From positions 44,715 to 108,714 of the IMG/VR virus record IMGVR_UViG_3300046779_000684: a stretch of DNA of 64,000 nt; one strand, given 5' to 3'. This document shows positions 53,425 to 63,875 of the stretch, in pieces; position 1 is the stretch's first letter; every line of letters starts with the position of its first letter. Made by a program: the position numbers and the translations under genes. The stretch comes from a virus. The notes below the pieces were generated by a model, which worked only from the letters and a program-made list of their open reading frames with translations, was not told the DNA's origin and searched no databases.

Positions 53425-56400
53425 AAAATACGTTAGTAATAATACCACCATTTACTTGGATGTTCTGTTGTCCAGGAGGGTTACTTGGAATCATAATATT
53501 ACCTGTCCATCCATCTACGTTTCCTACCTTATACGCTAGTCCATTGATTACTCCAGCTACATCAAGCATGTTTCCTACGTCTGTAGTAGTGCCGATAAGA
53601 AGATTACCTGTGTTATTGGAGATACGCATATTCTCTACGTTGGCTGTTCCGAAGACCATATCGGTTCCAGAGTAAGTTCCAATTAAGAATGCACCTGATC
53701 CTCCTAAGTTAGCCAATAAGGATGCACTTCTTACAAGGGAGATTCCCATCTGAGACCCCGAAACTCCATCTCCAAATACACGATAAACCACATTATCATT
53801 CTGGTTGTTCATAGCAACCCAAGCAGCAGAAGCATTTGTACCTGTGGCAGTAATTCTTCCAAAGATGTTGGCGTTGCTTGAGTCAATGATGTGCAACTTA
53901 TCGGTAGGTGTAGCAGTGCCGATACCTACTCTGTTGTTGGTAGCGTCTACATACAAAGTGTCTGTGTCTACAACAAAGTTACTTTGCACTCTTACTGTTC
54001 CATTTACATCTAATTTGTATCCTGCATCAGTTGTTGTTCCGATAAGAATATTACCATTTCCTTTTGCGATTAAACGCTTAATTCCATTTGTGGAAAGTTC
54101 TAAATCATTTACTCCGTAAACGTAAAGACCAATGTTAGCAGTAGACACCCCGTAGATACCACCATCAATTCCAAAAATTCCCCTATCAGTTCCACTGTGT
54201 TGAAACCTAATTGTAGAAGTTCCTGGAGAATTGTTAAACACAGCACTATTGTTGAAGGTTGCAAGTTGAGCAAAAGTAGAAGTGCTATTAGCAGTAAATG
54301 CACCAGTTGATGTCAATGCTCCTGTGGAAGTTATATTTGCAGGAAACGTAACGTTTTTACTTCTATCGTAAGACTCAGCATTTCTTTTACCTGCTGGATA
54401 CCCTCCTACCCACTCAATAGAGTATATGCCAAAAGCATTTGTATTAGAGTTATGAGTGGTTTCAAAAGTAATTCTTACTTGGCTGTATTGGGAAGCATTG
54501 TTACTATATGGAATATTTGAGTGGGGAATATAAGCATGACCTGGCCAGTTATTCGTCGTAGTCGGCCCTGTAATAGTCGTCCAACCGTTAGTGTTGTGAT
54601 AAGCCTCAATTTTAATTGTTACGTTGTTACCATTGGTAGAATTGAAGACATAGAGAGCATTTAAGAATATGTAACCCGTAGTTCCTACTACATTCCAAGT
54701 AAGGCGATAACCACCATAGGTTCCTATTGTTCCAGTAGGTATTGCATTGAAGCTAGTTCCTTCCCCTTCTCCACGCATCATATCCCCTAAATTGGCTGCG
54801 GAAGCTCTTGTAGAAGTTGTCCAAGTAACTCCGTCAGTACTTTCTTCTTGAAGAGTTGGAGAGATAAATCTAAACTTATTATTGAACTGTCCGTGAAACA
54901 TAGCCATTTCTCGAACAGTAGGATCACCTAAGTTATTCCTTAGTGTATTATTGGGAACTTGATACTCAGCCTGTATTTCTCCTAGTGTCCAAGAAACGTT
55001 TCCAGAACCATTTACAGATTTTCCTGTGTTACCGATTGTTAAAGTCCTAGCATTACCCCAAACAGCCGTAGTAATATCTCCAGAGCCGTTAAAAGAAGTA
55101 CCGTTGATGTTTCTTGCTGTTTGTAAGGTAGTTGCCGTGGCAGCGTTACCAGTAATATTACTGTCTGTAAATGCAACATCTTTAAAAGTAGAATAAGCAG
55201 ATGCAGAACCCCAAGTCTGTTGGTAAATACGCATACCAATTACATCCTTACGGAAGAGAACTAAATTATCCAATCCTCCTGATGCATCTGTGTAAGAACG
55301 TAAGTGTAAAAAGTCAGCGTATGGGCTATTATTGTTGTTAGTCCAAGAAGTAAATCCAAACTTTAACTGCCCTGCTATACCTTCGCTTGGACTTATGGTT
55401 CTGTTGTCCTCTCCTAGGAGTCTTCCTGAATAGCCACTAATATTAGTTACCGAAGTTAAGTAGGTATTACTATCTACAGATCCATCAGCCTTTAGGAACT
55501 GAGCAGAAGTTCCTCCACTCTTAACAAAAGAGTTAGCAGTCAAAGAACTTACAAATCTTCCTGTGCCGTTAACATCTAGCTTATACCCTACATCAGTAGT
55601 AGTTCCTACTAGAACATTTCCTCCATCTGGTTGGAGTGATAGAGGAGTCCAACTTACACCGTAGTTTCCCGACTTAATGAATCCAAAACCATTACTATTA
55701 GTATCGTATCCAAGAATCATTCTTTTTCCTGGAGTAGTAGAGCCCTCTAAAGATAGTTGAGCTGTTCCAGGATTAATATCTCCACTTTTAGTTATATCAG
55801 CTGATATAGTAGTTTTAAATGATGGACTAGTACTTCCTATACCAACATAGCTATTGGTATCAATGGTCAGGTCTGGAGAAGATCCGTTAGAAGCTAAGTA
55901 TAATTTATTTCCGCTTGTGGCATACACTGTTGCTTGGCCTGTATCCCAAGTTAATCCTCCATAAGCAGTTGAGTAAGCACCCCAGTATCCAATAGAAGTT
56001 CCATCAGTCCATAAAGCATTTGATATAAATGTACCATTAACGTGTAACTTAGCAGACGGACTATTAGTGCCAATACCCCAGTTACCTACAGAATCAATGA
56101 TACCTCTTTGTGTACCTCCAAGAGTATGGGTAGTAGCATTATGTGTCCAAAACTGAATTTCGGTGGCAGGATTAGTCTCGTATATATTACCACCAATAAC
56201 TACTGCATTGTAAGAAGTCGTAGACAATCCTCCAATCAAAGCAAATCCCTGTGGTTGACTAGTAGCATTAAAGTGAGTACCTGTGAGATAGGACCACTTA
56301 GAACTGCCTTCTCCCACATTACCCATCAGAATATTACCACCCGATTGGTTGCCTATCCCTCTTACATTTATTCTACCTGTCGTAGAGTTTCCACGATTCG

Positions 56401-56707
56401 TAACTGTGGCTAAGGTATCTGTTTCTGTATACCCACTAATTGGGGTAAAGCCTAACGCAGTTGTTACGTCAGAACCACTAAGAGTCACTGCTCCTACCCT
56501 AGTATTAAAACTAGTTACCAAGTTAGCTGTACTCAATCCTATAGTAACATCCCCCGTTCCTGAATCCACTCCTGTGCTACTGATAGTTAAAGGAGAGTTT
56601 ACTAATAACTTAGTGATAAGGGCACTGCCCGACAGGGTAGTGTTTATATCTACCCTACGGACTGAGCCATCCTCTATTAATGTAGTTCCTATCTGCGTTC
56701 TAGCCAT
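53423..56707 (-). CDS. Tail fibre protein, 1094 aa
   Basis: Repeated GN(V/W)GIGT.SP...L.V.G knuckles and TARNINGTSF.G..DI shaft repeats. Confidence 0.85.
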   Translation of the reverse strand: MARTQIGTTLIEDGSVRRVDINTTLSGSALITKLLVNSPLTISSTGVDSGTGDVTIGLSTANLVTSFNTRVGAVTLSGSDVTTALGFTPISGYTETDTLATVTNRGNSTTGRINVRGIGNQSGGNILMGNVGEGSSKWSYLTGTHFNATSQPQGFALIGGLSTTSYNAVVIGGNIYETNPATEIQFWTHNATTHTLGGTQRGIIDSVGNWGIGTNSPSAKLHVNGTFISNALWTDGTSIGYWGAYSTAYGGLTWDTGQATVYATSGNKLYLASNGSSPDLTIDTNSYVGIGSTSPSFKTTISADITKSGDINPGTAQLSLEGSTTPGKRMILGYDTNSNGFGFIKSGNYGVSWTPLSLQPDGGNVLVGTTTDVGYKLDVNGTGRFVSSLTANSFVKSGGTSAQFLKADGSVDSNTYLTSVTNISGYSGRLLGEDNRTISPSEGIAGQLKFGFTSWTNNNNSPYADFLHLRSYTDASGGLDNLVLFRKDVIGMRIYQQTWGSASAYSTFKDVAFTDSNITGNAATATTLQTARNINGTSFNGSGDITTAVWGNARTLTIGNTGKSVNGSGNVSWTLGEIQAEYQVPNNTLRNNLGDPTVREMAMFHGQFNNKFRFISPTLQEESTDGVTWTTSTRASAANLGDMMRGEGEGTSFNAIPTGTIGTYGGYRLTWNVVGTTGYIFLNALYVFNSTNGNNVTIKIEAYHNTNGWTTITGPTTTNNWPGHAYIPHSNIPYSNNASQYSQVRITFETTHNSNTNAFGIYSIEWVGGYPAGKRNAESYDRSKNVTFPANITSTGALTSTGAFTANSTSTFAQLATFNNSAVFNNSPGTSTIRFQHSGTDRGIFGIDGGIYGVSTANIGLYVYGVNDLELSTNGIKRLIAKGNGNILIGTTTDAGYKLDVNGTVRVQSNFVVDTDTLYVDATNNRVGIGTATPTDKLHIIDSSNANIFGRITATGTNASAAWVAMNNQNDNVVYRVFGDGVSGSQMGISLVRSASLLANLGGSGAFLIGTYSGTDMVFGTANVENMRISNNTGNLLIGTTTDVGNMLDVAGVINGLAYKVGNVDGWTGNIMIPSNPPGQQNIQVNGGIITNVF

Positions 56708-56709
56708 AA

Positions 56710-58410
56710 TTATGGTTTTAAGTAATTAATTCTAATTTTATCTGTTGGTGTTGGTGTAAACAAGAAGGTAATTGTCAAAGGTGTAAGACCGCCTACAGTG
56801 TAGTCGTTACCTGCACCTGACTCCATCAATACACCATTCAAAAATACTTGTTCTGTGTTAGAAACTGCGTTTCCTGTGCAAGTAAATGTAGTAACGACTC
56901 CGTTAGGTGCTGGGGTAGGAGTTTCTCTTACAGTGTAGTTTGCACTGTTCATAGTTCCTGAAGGCAAGTCACCTGTTGACAAAGTAGTACCAGAGGTTAC
57001 ACGACCTTTTGCATCTGTTGTTACTTTGGTGTAAGTACCTGCAGTACCCACAGAAGCAAGAGTTACGCTGATTGAAGTTGTACCACTACCACTTACATCG
57101 TTACTCAATGTAATTGTTTGGTTTCCAGTAATATAAGTAGCGGTATCGAGTGACCAAGTATTCGCAGCGGTCTTCTTCAAGAATCCTGAAGTACCAGCCA
57201 AGGCAGCAATTGCATCTAAGTCAGCATCCCAAGCCTGTACGTTGGTTCCAATAGCAACTCCCAAGGTAGTTCTTGCAGTCGCTGCATCAGCATCGTCAAT
57301 CAAAGAACGACCAAACGTAGTCAAAGAAGCCATTGCAAATGTATCTACACCCGTAGCGTAAATCAACTGATTTGCAGCTGTAACCAAACCTGCCAAAGCA
57401 GTCAAGGTAGCGTCTAGACCCTGTTTACCATTTAATTGAGTTTGAATAGCAGAAGTTACACCTGACACATAACTAAGTTCAGCAGAAGTCACAGTAGATA
57501 CGGCAACTTTACCAGAACCATCCGATACCAAGGCACGGGATGCAGTCAAGTTAGAAGTAACTATTGTAGAAGCACCTCCCGTAATGGCTGCTTGAGCACG
57601 AGCATTCGTAAAAAATAAGTTAGTAGTACCTTCTGTTACGTTGTCTGAGTTTTCTGCACTACCTGCAGTAACACGTCCGTAGGCATCTACAGTTACACGA
57701 CCATAAGTACTTGCAGTAACACCTGTAGTAGCCAAGTCAATGTTGTCAGCGTTAACTACGATACGAGCAGAGGAAGCAGTCCCTACATCAAGCGTATTTC
57801 CTGTTTTAGTAAGACCTGCACCTGCTGTTACTTGACCTGCACCAGAGAACTGGGTAAAGGTAAGTGCAGTTGTATCTAGGGTGATAGTACCGTTGGTAGT
57901 AAGTACCCATCCTGAATCTCCGTTTACAGTACCTTCTTCTACGAAAGTAAACATGCCTGGAGTCACCTCAGAAGACGCATCTGCATCGGTTGCTCTAGTC
58001 CATCCACTTGACGCAACTAAATAGATACCGTTTTGAGAACCAGTAGATTGGTCTTTTACCAAGACACGATCACCTACTGATAGAGAAACACCATCTATAG
58101 TTTGAGTTCCTGATAGAGTAATGTTAGCAGTAGTTGCTGCACGCACTGAATCTTTAATATCTAGTGCTTGTTTAACAGCATCTACGTATCCTTTAGTGGC
58201 AGCATCCGTAGAAGAAGTAGGAGTGCCTAAGTTAGTAATTTTAAAACCTCCGTGGGATTGGTCAGAAGTAGGGACTACTGAACCATCCTTCTTGAGGAAG
58301 TTGGCACCATCTGCTAGTTTTGAACTAGCTATAGCGGCAGAGGCATCGATGTCCGCATTCACAATTGTGAGGGCATCGAGTTGGGATTTTTTAATTTTAG
58401 TTATAGCCAT
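56710..58410 (-). CDS. Tail fibre/shaft protein, 566 aa
   Basis: DAATKGYVD, SVRAATTANITLSGTQTIDG...RVLVKDQ...NGIY, V.VDA.GRVT.G repeats. Confidence 0.85.
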   Translation of the reverse strand: MAITKIKKSQLDALTIVNADIDASAAIASSKLADGANFLKKDGSVVPTSDQSHGGFKITNLGTPTSSTDAATKGYVDAVKQALDIKDSVRAATTANITLSGTQTIDGVSLSVGDRVLVKDQSTGSQNGIYLVASSGWTRATDADASSEVTPGMFTFVEEGTVNGDSGWVLTTNGTITLDTTALTFTQFSGAGQVTAGAGLTKTGNTLDVGTASSARIVVNADNIDLATTGVTASTYGRVTVDAYGRVTAGSAENSDNVTEGTTNLFFTNARAQAAITGGASTIVTSNLTASRALVSDGSGKVAVSTVTSAELSYVSGVTSAIQTQLNGKQGLDATLTALAGLVTAANQLIYATGVDTFAMASLTTFGRSLIDDADAATARTTLGVAIGTNVQAWDADLDAIAALAGTSGFLKKTAANTWSLDTATYITGNQTITLSNDVSGSGTTSISVTLASVGTAGTYTKVTTDAKGRVTSGTTLSTGDLPSGTMNSANYTVRETPTPAPNGVVTTFTCTGNAVSNTEQVFLNGVLMESGAGNDYTVGGLTPLTITFLFTPTPTDKIRINYLKP

Positions 58411-58415
58411 GATTG

Positions 58416-61400
58416 TTATAATTGATATTCAATGATTAGTTGGTCGGTTGGATTTGGTGCACTTGCTAAAGTTATTTGGTTGGTCCCTGTCTCCACATAA
58501 TCATATCCTACACCTCTAGTCAATCTTACACCATTAAGATAGACTCTGGTTGTAGTTAATACGAAGTTTGCACTTGAGGTAAATACTACGTTTGATCCGT
58601 TCTTAAGACCTACTATGTTGTAGTCGTAATCAATCTGGAAAGTAGTAGGCGTAGGTACGGCACCGTAGGTAAGCAATCCTGTGCTACTGTTATAGTAAAC
58701 TACGTTAGCAGTAGAAGTAGAAGCTAGCGTGGCTGTAATAGAACCTTGTGCTCTGAATGTACCATTTACGTCTAAGCGATATCCTACGTCTGTGAATGTG
58801 CCTCCGTTTTGGATTAGGACGTTTCTTGTTGCTGTAAAAATATAAAGTGCTTGCGTATTGCCAGCGACAAAATTTAATGAACCAGCCTGTGCATTAAAAG
58901 ACAATTCGGTAGCATTAGCTCCAAACTGCCCCCAAATAGTTGTACCTGCAGCATTTTTGAATCTAATTAATGGATTAGTTCCACCTCTTACAACTAAATT
59001 TTCTTGTTGAACCCCCGTAAACGCACCATTAGTAAAGGTAGGATTGATATCTAGTCCTACTAATACGTCATTGTTAGCAGCCGCAACAAGTGTTTGGTTC
59101 AAGTAAGTACCTCTAGCTATTGCTGAGGCTGCAGTTACAGATCCTGTAATCGTTGTTCTACTGTTAATAGTGGTTACATAGTTAGCAAGAGACAACTTGT
59201 TAACCCACATACCCAATCTTTCTCCGAACTCGTAACGAACCAACTCGTTGTTTAAGCTTTCGTTGTAGATAAACTTACTAACTCCTTGGAATGTCGTAGT
59301 TCCTGCCTCTGGTGCAAACAACCAAGATGAAGAAGTAAGCACAGAAGAAGTACCGTTCCATCCATAACCTTGAACCATAAAGGCAGGTGAAAACTGTTGT
59401 AAGACAGCAGTTGCTTGGATTCCGTTAGATATTGTAAATCCTGCGGAGTGCGCTTGTCCTACTCCATCCTTAAGATAACCTACAGGATACAAGAACAAAG
59501 AATACTGTGGAGTACTATCAGATCTAAGACCGAAGAATGGAATCCAAGAGCCACTATTCAAACGCTTGTACCAAATCATCCTAGTAGAATCCCAAGTTTG
59601 AGGCTCTGACTGAATTGCTATATCGTGAGTTTTTAATGCTCCTGAAACCCAAGCACTTCCAGAGAAGATTACGCTTGGAGAGTTCTGTTGAGTTACTCCA
59701 GAAGTTGCTGCTGTTGTATTTGCGAGAGTAAGTCCTCCTGAAGCAACCGTAGTTGTGAGAGAGTTAGCTTGAAATCTTCCACTACCCACCGCATCTAATT
59801 TGAACCCTGCACTTACAGTTGTACCTAATCCTAAATTGCCTCCAATATACCCATTTCCAGATATGTTAAAGTTTGCCGTTTGTACACTAGCACTTTGGTT
59901 AAGTATAAGAGTGTTAGGATTTATTAAGTCTAACCCAAATTGAACGTTTGTGTAGTAAACAGTAGCGCCAGCAACATCTCGGTTATTCAAGAACAGGATC
60001 TTAATCGCTGCTGTTCCTGGAGCAAATTTATCGGTTACGTTAGTTCCTGTTGTATCAACTCCCTCGATGGTTCCTGTGTAGTTGGTCCAGGTATTAGGAA
60101 TCTGTACGTTAACTGCCGTGATGTATTTATATGTACCTCCAGAACTACCATTGCTAAGCTGAGTACCTGCTGCAATTGTAGAAAATGCCCAAGGAACTCG
60201 CAAAGTAATAGTGTTGGTGGTGGTATTTACGGAACCTGGGTCCCACATATTACCATACCAGTTTCTAGAATATGTCAACGCAGGAAAAGCATAACCAAGA
60301 GAGTTGACGTAGTTCCAAAGAATAATTGATCTTAGGTGGGTATTAACACCTGCTGTTCCTCCGTTTTCCCAGTTTGCAGCACTAGTCAAATACATAACCG
60401 TGTCACCAGGATTCAAAGGGGCGGCCAATGTTGTAAGGGTGTTAGCCTTATACATATGATTTGAGGCATTGACAGGTAGACCATCTGCGTCAATCAAACT
60501 TACGCCTACATAATACCTTGCTCCGACATAAGGATTTTGTCTAGCAGAAACGGATAGTCTATATCTTTGGTTTACATCTACAGGAATTGCTTCATCTGTT
60601 ACTGGAGAACTATTAAACGTTGTATCTCTGAATGAACCTGTGCTATAGTAGGCTTCTGATCCTACAAAAGTAAATGCGCTGAAGTTGTAGTTTGATTTTC
60701 TGAGACCCGTTCCATTAGTAACAAGATTTTCTCCTCTAGAAGAAACATACCCAGGAACATCAATATCAGAGAGTATCTCGTTCCCTGTTCTGTACTTAAC
60801 TACACCCGAATCTGATACTAAAAATCTATCGTAGTCTGCTGTACCTGCTGCTATACTCTGAACTCTTACCGCACCATTTACATCTAATTTATAACCAGGT
60901 GAAGCAGTTCCAATACCAACACTACCTCCCCCCAAGTTTAGAATTACGTTGTTACCTAACTCGTTAATATAAAGTGGTTTACCACTATGGGTTTGAATCC
61001 AACTATAAGTTGTATTCCCGCCTAATCTTAAACTAGTGTTTGTTGTTTGTATTGTAAGAGTAGCTGTGCCAGAAGCGTCTTCTGTTGTGCCATTAACTAC
61101 GGTATTTCCACCGAGTCTAGTTGTTCCTGCTACATTTAATTTGTTTCCGTTATCTGTAGTTGTTCCTACTGCTAAGTTACCAGCAGGTATTGATGTAAAG
61201 GTTGTAGAAGAGTTTCCTAAGATTGTTGTGTTAGATCCTAATCCGCTTACACTATATCCAATTACAATTTGGTTAGTTTGACTAATCGCATTGGGTCTTG
61301 CATCATAGCCGATAAATATTGAATTAGAACTTAATGTATTTGCTGACCCATTGGATATGTAACGACCTGCGAAATATCCTAAAGCAACGTTATTATTTGC

Positions 61401-63266
61401 TGCACCTAAATTAGCAAGTGCACTAGTTCCTATTGCAATATTACTACTATGGGAAGCCCCAGATTGTCCACTTAATGCTCCACTACCAATAGCAATGTTG
61501 TAAGACCCTGTCACATTGTAAAATGAAGAGCCTTGCCCAATAGAAATATTGTCACTTGCTGTGGTTGCCCACATTAAAGCATAACTACCTAGAACAGTAT
61601 TACCGTTTCCTGTAGTAACAAATCTACCTGCTTGAGTACCAACTAAAGTATTTTGAAATCCGTAAGTAATTGCATTACCTGCATTGTAGCCCACTAAAGT
61701 TGTTAGTCCTGCAGTAGTTATATTTGCTCCTGCTCCAAAACCTATTGATGTAATAGCTGTTCCCAAAAGCATTGCTCTTGTCCCATCAATAGTAATCTGT
61801 CTGGATGTTGTGTTCTCCCTATAAGCAGCCCAGTCTCCTGTGTTTGGTAGGGTACTGTCAGCGACTGTATCTACATAAGAAGTTGTCGTATTATCATTTA
61901 TTGTGGTAAGTAACGCACCTCTATCTGAGGTTTGTCCTGCTCTTGTTCTGTAGATTCTTCTCCCTGTTACACGAGGATCTGTGGATGTTGGAATGCCTGT
62001 AATTGTAACTGTCTGAGACCCAGAAACTATAGTAATGGATGTACTAAGTGCTACGGTTGTTTCTCCTATTGCAGTAACAAAACTAACAAAATAGTAGTGT
62101 TGCCCAACATCAACACTTCCACCGGTACTTGGGGTTAAAGTTAAAGTTCCCGTAGGAGCAGCAACTCGTGAGATGTTATAGCCAATGTCCGAACTTACAG
62201 CGTGAGTTGTTGTGGTACCTTTTACATCTAATCTATAAGCAGGAGATGTTGTACCAATACCAACCCTACCATTAACCGTATCTGTGTAGATCAAGTTAGT
62301 AGCAACCGTAAGCCCACCAACAGTAATAGCATTTGTAGTTGTATTGCCTGCTGTGGTTACAGCCGCTAGGGTAGGAACTGAGACCAAAGGCGTACCTCCG
62401 AAGATGGCCGAGAAGGTTTTGTTTTTCCATAGAGAGGTGGCTGATTCGTAAACCAGTAAATCGTTATTGGCTTTTGAGGCAATGGCTACATCGTGAATCT
62501 CATCTAACTCGTATCCGTTCTGAATACGATAAACTATAGTTCCGTTAGTTGGAGAAGTTCTTGTTACAACCCCTACGTAAACTAAGTGTTGAGGGGCTGA
62601 GGGTTTTACATTCGTAAGGTATCCAGGAATCGTAGGGTGAAGGTAAAGAATATCACCGTCCGCAAGGGTTACGTCTGTAAAAGGATTAGTTGCTACTGAG
62701 CGAGTATCTAAGTTATCAATAGTTCCTTGAACAACAACGTAACCGTCTGAGTTGTTAGGAATATCTACTGCTATTACACCAAAGGTCTGAGCTGAGTTAG
62801 CGTCATTATTACCTTGTGCTTTTACGAAATTAGGAAGATGACCAGTAGAGCCTTGGATTCTAATTATGGTTCCTTTGTACAGCGTAGCCCCTGTAGAGTT
62901 CCTACCTAAAGTCATCAAGGCTTCTGCCTTGTCTACGATTCCACTATTGTCTGTGTCATAAGTAGCCTTAAGCATGTCTCCGATTCCAGGAGCACCACTA
63001 ATTACCTTCCAGGTTCCGTCATCAGCTAAATAAAGATTTCCTGCTCCTGTAGCTCCTGTTCCCAATCTATTGGGGTCGACAATACCAGTCTTAATGTAAG
63101 CCGCATCAAACAACCTCCACTTAACAGGACCATCTACGGTAGCAGGGGGCATAGTGATATACCCGGCTGCCATATAAGTTTCAGTCGTAACTCCATCCCT
63201 AGGAGTAAGACTACGATTAATTAATATATCGTATTGTTCTTCTGGAGTTATTGGATTACTTGGCAT
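58416..63266 (-). CDS. Large mosaic tail fibre / receptor-binding protein, 1616 aa
   Basis: GIGTT knuckles, N.A.G...(A)L YadA-head-like repeats, internal jelly-roll-like module. Confidence 0.85.
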   Translation of the reverse strand: MPSNPITPEEQYDILINRSLTPRDGVTTETYMAAGYITMPPATVDGPVKWRLFDAAYIKTGIVDPNRLGTGATGAGNLYLADDGTWKVISGAPGIGDMLKATYDTDNSGIVDKAEALMTLGRNSTGATLYKGTIIRIQGSTGHLPNFVKAQGNNDANSAQTFGVIAVDIPNNSDGYVVVQGTIDNLDTRSVATNPFTDVTLADGDILYLHPTIPGYLTNVKPSAPQHLVYVGVVTRTSPTNGTIVYRIQNGYELDEIHDVAIASKANNDLLVYESATSLWKNKTFSAIFGGTPLVSVPTLAAVTTAGNTTTNAITVGGLTVATNLIYTDTVNGRVGIGTTSPAYRLDVKGTTTTHAVSSDIGYNISRVAAPTGTLTLTPSTGGSVDVGQHYYFVSFVTAIGETTVALSTSITIVSGSQTVTITGIPTSTDPRVTGRRIYRTRAGQTSDRGALLTTINDNTTTSYVDTVADSTLPNTGDWAAYRENTTSRQITIDGTRAMLLGTAITSIGFGAGANITTAGLTTLVGYNAGNAITYGFQNTLVGTQAGRFVTTGNGNTVLGSYALMWATTASDNISIGQGSSFYNVTGSYNIAIGSGALSGQSGASHSSNIAIGTSALANLGAANNNVALGYFAGRYISNGSANTLSSNSIFIGYDARPNAISQTNQIVIGYSVSGLGSNTTILGNSSTTFTSIPAGNLAVGTTTDNGNKLNVAGTTRLGGNTVVNGTTEDASGTATLTIQTTNTSLRLGGNTTYSWIQTHSGKPLYINELGNNVILNLGGGSVGIGTASPGYKLDVNGAVRVQSIAAGTADYDRFLVSDSGVVKYRTGNEILSDIDVPGYVSSRGENLVTNGTGLRKSNYNFSAFTFVGSEAYYSTGSFRDTTFNSSPVTDEAIPVDVNQRYRLSVSARQNPYVGARYYVGVSLIDADGLPVNASNHMYKANTLTTLAAPLNPGDTVMYLTSAANWENGGTAGVNTHLRSIILWNYVNSLGYAFPALTYSRNWYGNMWDPGSVNTTTNTITLRVPWAFSTIAAGTQLSNGSSGGTYKYITAVNVQIPNTWTNYTGTIEGVDTTGTNVTDKFAPGTAAIKILFLNNRDVAGATVYYTNVQFGLDLINPNTLILNQSASVQTANFNISGNGYIGGNLGLGTTVSAGFKLDAVGSGRFQANSLTTTVASGGLTLANTTAATSGVTQQNSPSVIFSGSAWVSGALKTHDIAIQSEPQTWDSTRMIWYKRLNSGSWIPFFGLRSDSTPQYSLFLYPVGYLKDGVGQAHSAGFTISNGIQATAVLQQFSPAFMVQGYGWNGTSSVLTSSSWLFAPEAGTTTFQGVSKFIYNESLNNELVRYEFGERLGMWVNKLSLANYVTTINSRTTITGSVTAASAIARGTYLNQTLVAAANNDVLVGLDINPTFTNGAFTGVQQENLVVRGGTNPLIRFKNAAGTTIWGQFGANATELSFNAQAGSLNFVAGNTQALYIFTATRNVLIQNGGTFTDVGYRLDVNGTFRAQGSITATLASTSTANVVYYNSSTGLLTYGAVPTPTTFQIDYDYNIVGLKNGSNVVFTSSANFVLTTTRVYLNGVRLTRGVGYDYVETGTNQITLASAPNPTDQLIIEYQL

Positions 63267-63276
63267 ACTTATAATA

Positions 63277-63306
63277 CAAATATACTCCTTTACAAAAAAA
63301 AGTAAA
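63277..63306 (-). promoter_or_regulatory. Promoter of the tail-fibre operon
   Basis: TATATTTG (63284-63277) with TTTACT at the -33 position. Confidence 0.65.
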
Positions 63307-63342
63307 GAATTAACCTTTTAGATTATAATATGCCTAGTAAAT

Positions 63343-63840
63343 CTAGTCCCAGTGCTTATTGTACTCTTCCCAGTAGAACGTAGGGACTTCATTAACGTAA
63401 TCTCCTACTATCTTAGATTTGAACACAGAGTCTTTGTGTTCTACTAGAGCGAGAGTCAAGATATCTTCGTGTGCGAAGCCAACCTTTGTAAGCTCCTCTA
63501 TAATCCACGTATAATTACCTCCTGTAAGGACCGCTGCTTCAACCAAAACAATCTTATCCATTATCTTCTTAAGATGAGCCGCTGTAAGCTCTAAAACACG
63601 CTTATACGCATCCTTCTTTTCTTGAGAGTCATCAGGGTACGCAACATCTAAGAACATATAGTGAGGAAGTTCTCCATCCCTAGAAAGACCGTGAAGGACT
63701 CTTAACCCGACAATACTAGAATAGTCAGGACTAACACAGATTACTCCTATTTTGAGAGCATCTTTCCACTCAGACGTTTCTTCCTTTACCTTACCTACTA
63801 CCTCTGACAGTAATTTATTTTCTAACTCTTGGTTGATCAT
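63343..63840 (-). CDS. Phosphoribosyltransferase-fold protein, 165 aa
   Basis: KIVLVEAAVLTGGN resembles the type-I PRTase PRPP loop. Confidence 0.55.
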   Translation of the reverse strand: MINQELENKLLSEVVGKVKEETSEWKDALKIGVICVSPDYSSIVGLRVLHGLSRDGELPHYMFLDVAYPDDSQEKKDAYKRVLELTAAHLKKIMDKIVLVEAAVLTGGNYTWIIEELTKVGFAHEDILTLALVEHKDSVFKSKIVGDYVNEVPTFYWEEYNKHWD

Positions 63841-63844
63841 TATA

Positions 63845-63875
63845 CAAATATAATCCCTGGAAGAGAATAAGCAAA
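63845..63875 (-). promoter_or_regulatory. Promoter, probably producing a leaderless mRNA
   Basis: TTTG-N19-TATATTTG; the ATG begins 5 nt after the final G. Confidence 0.7.

Noticed and set aside
173-63840. The many 60-200 aa plus-strand and alternate-frame ORFs in the track (e.g. 12263-12868, 32032-32559, 38179-38622)
   Set aside because: They lie antisense to, or inside, long biased-codon genes and have no motifs or promoters; only 44393-44659 is supported
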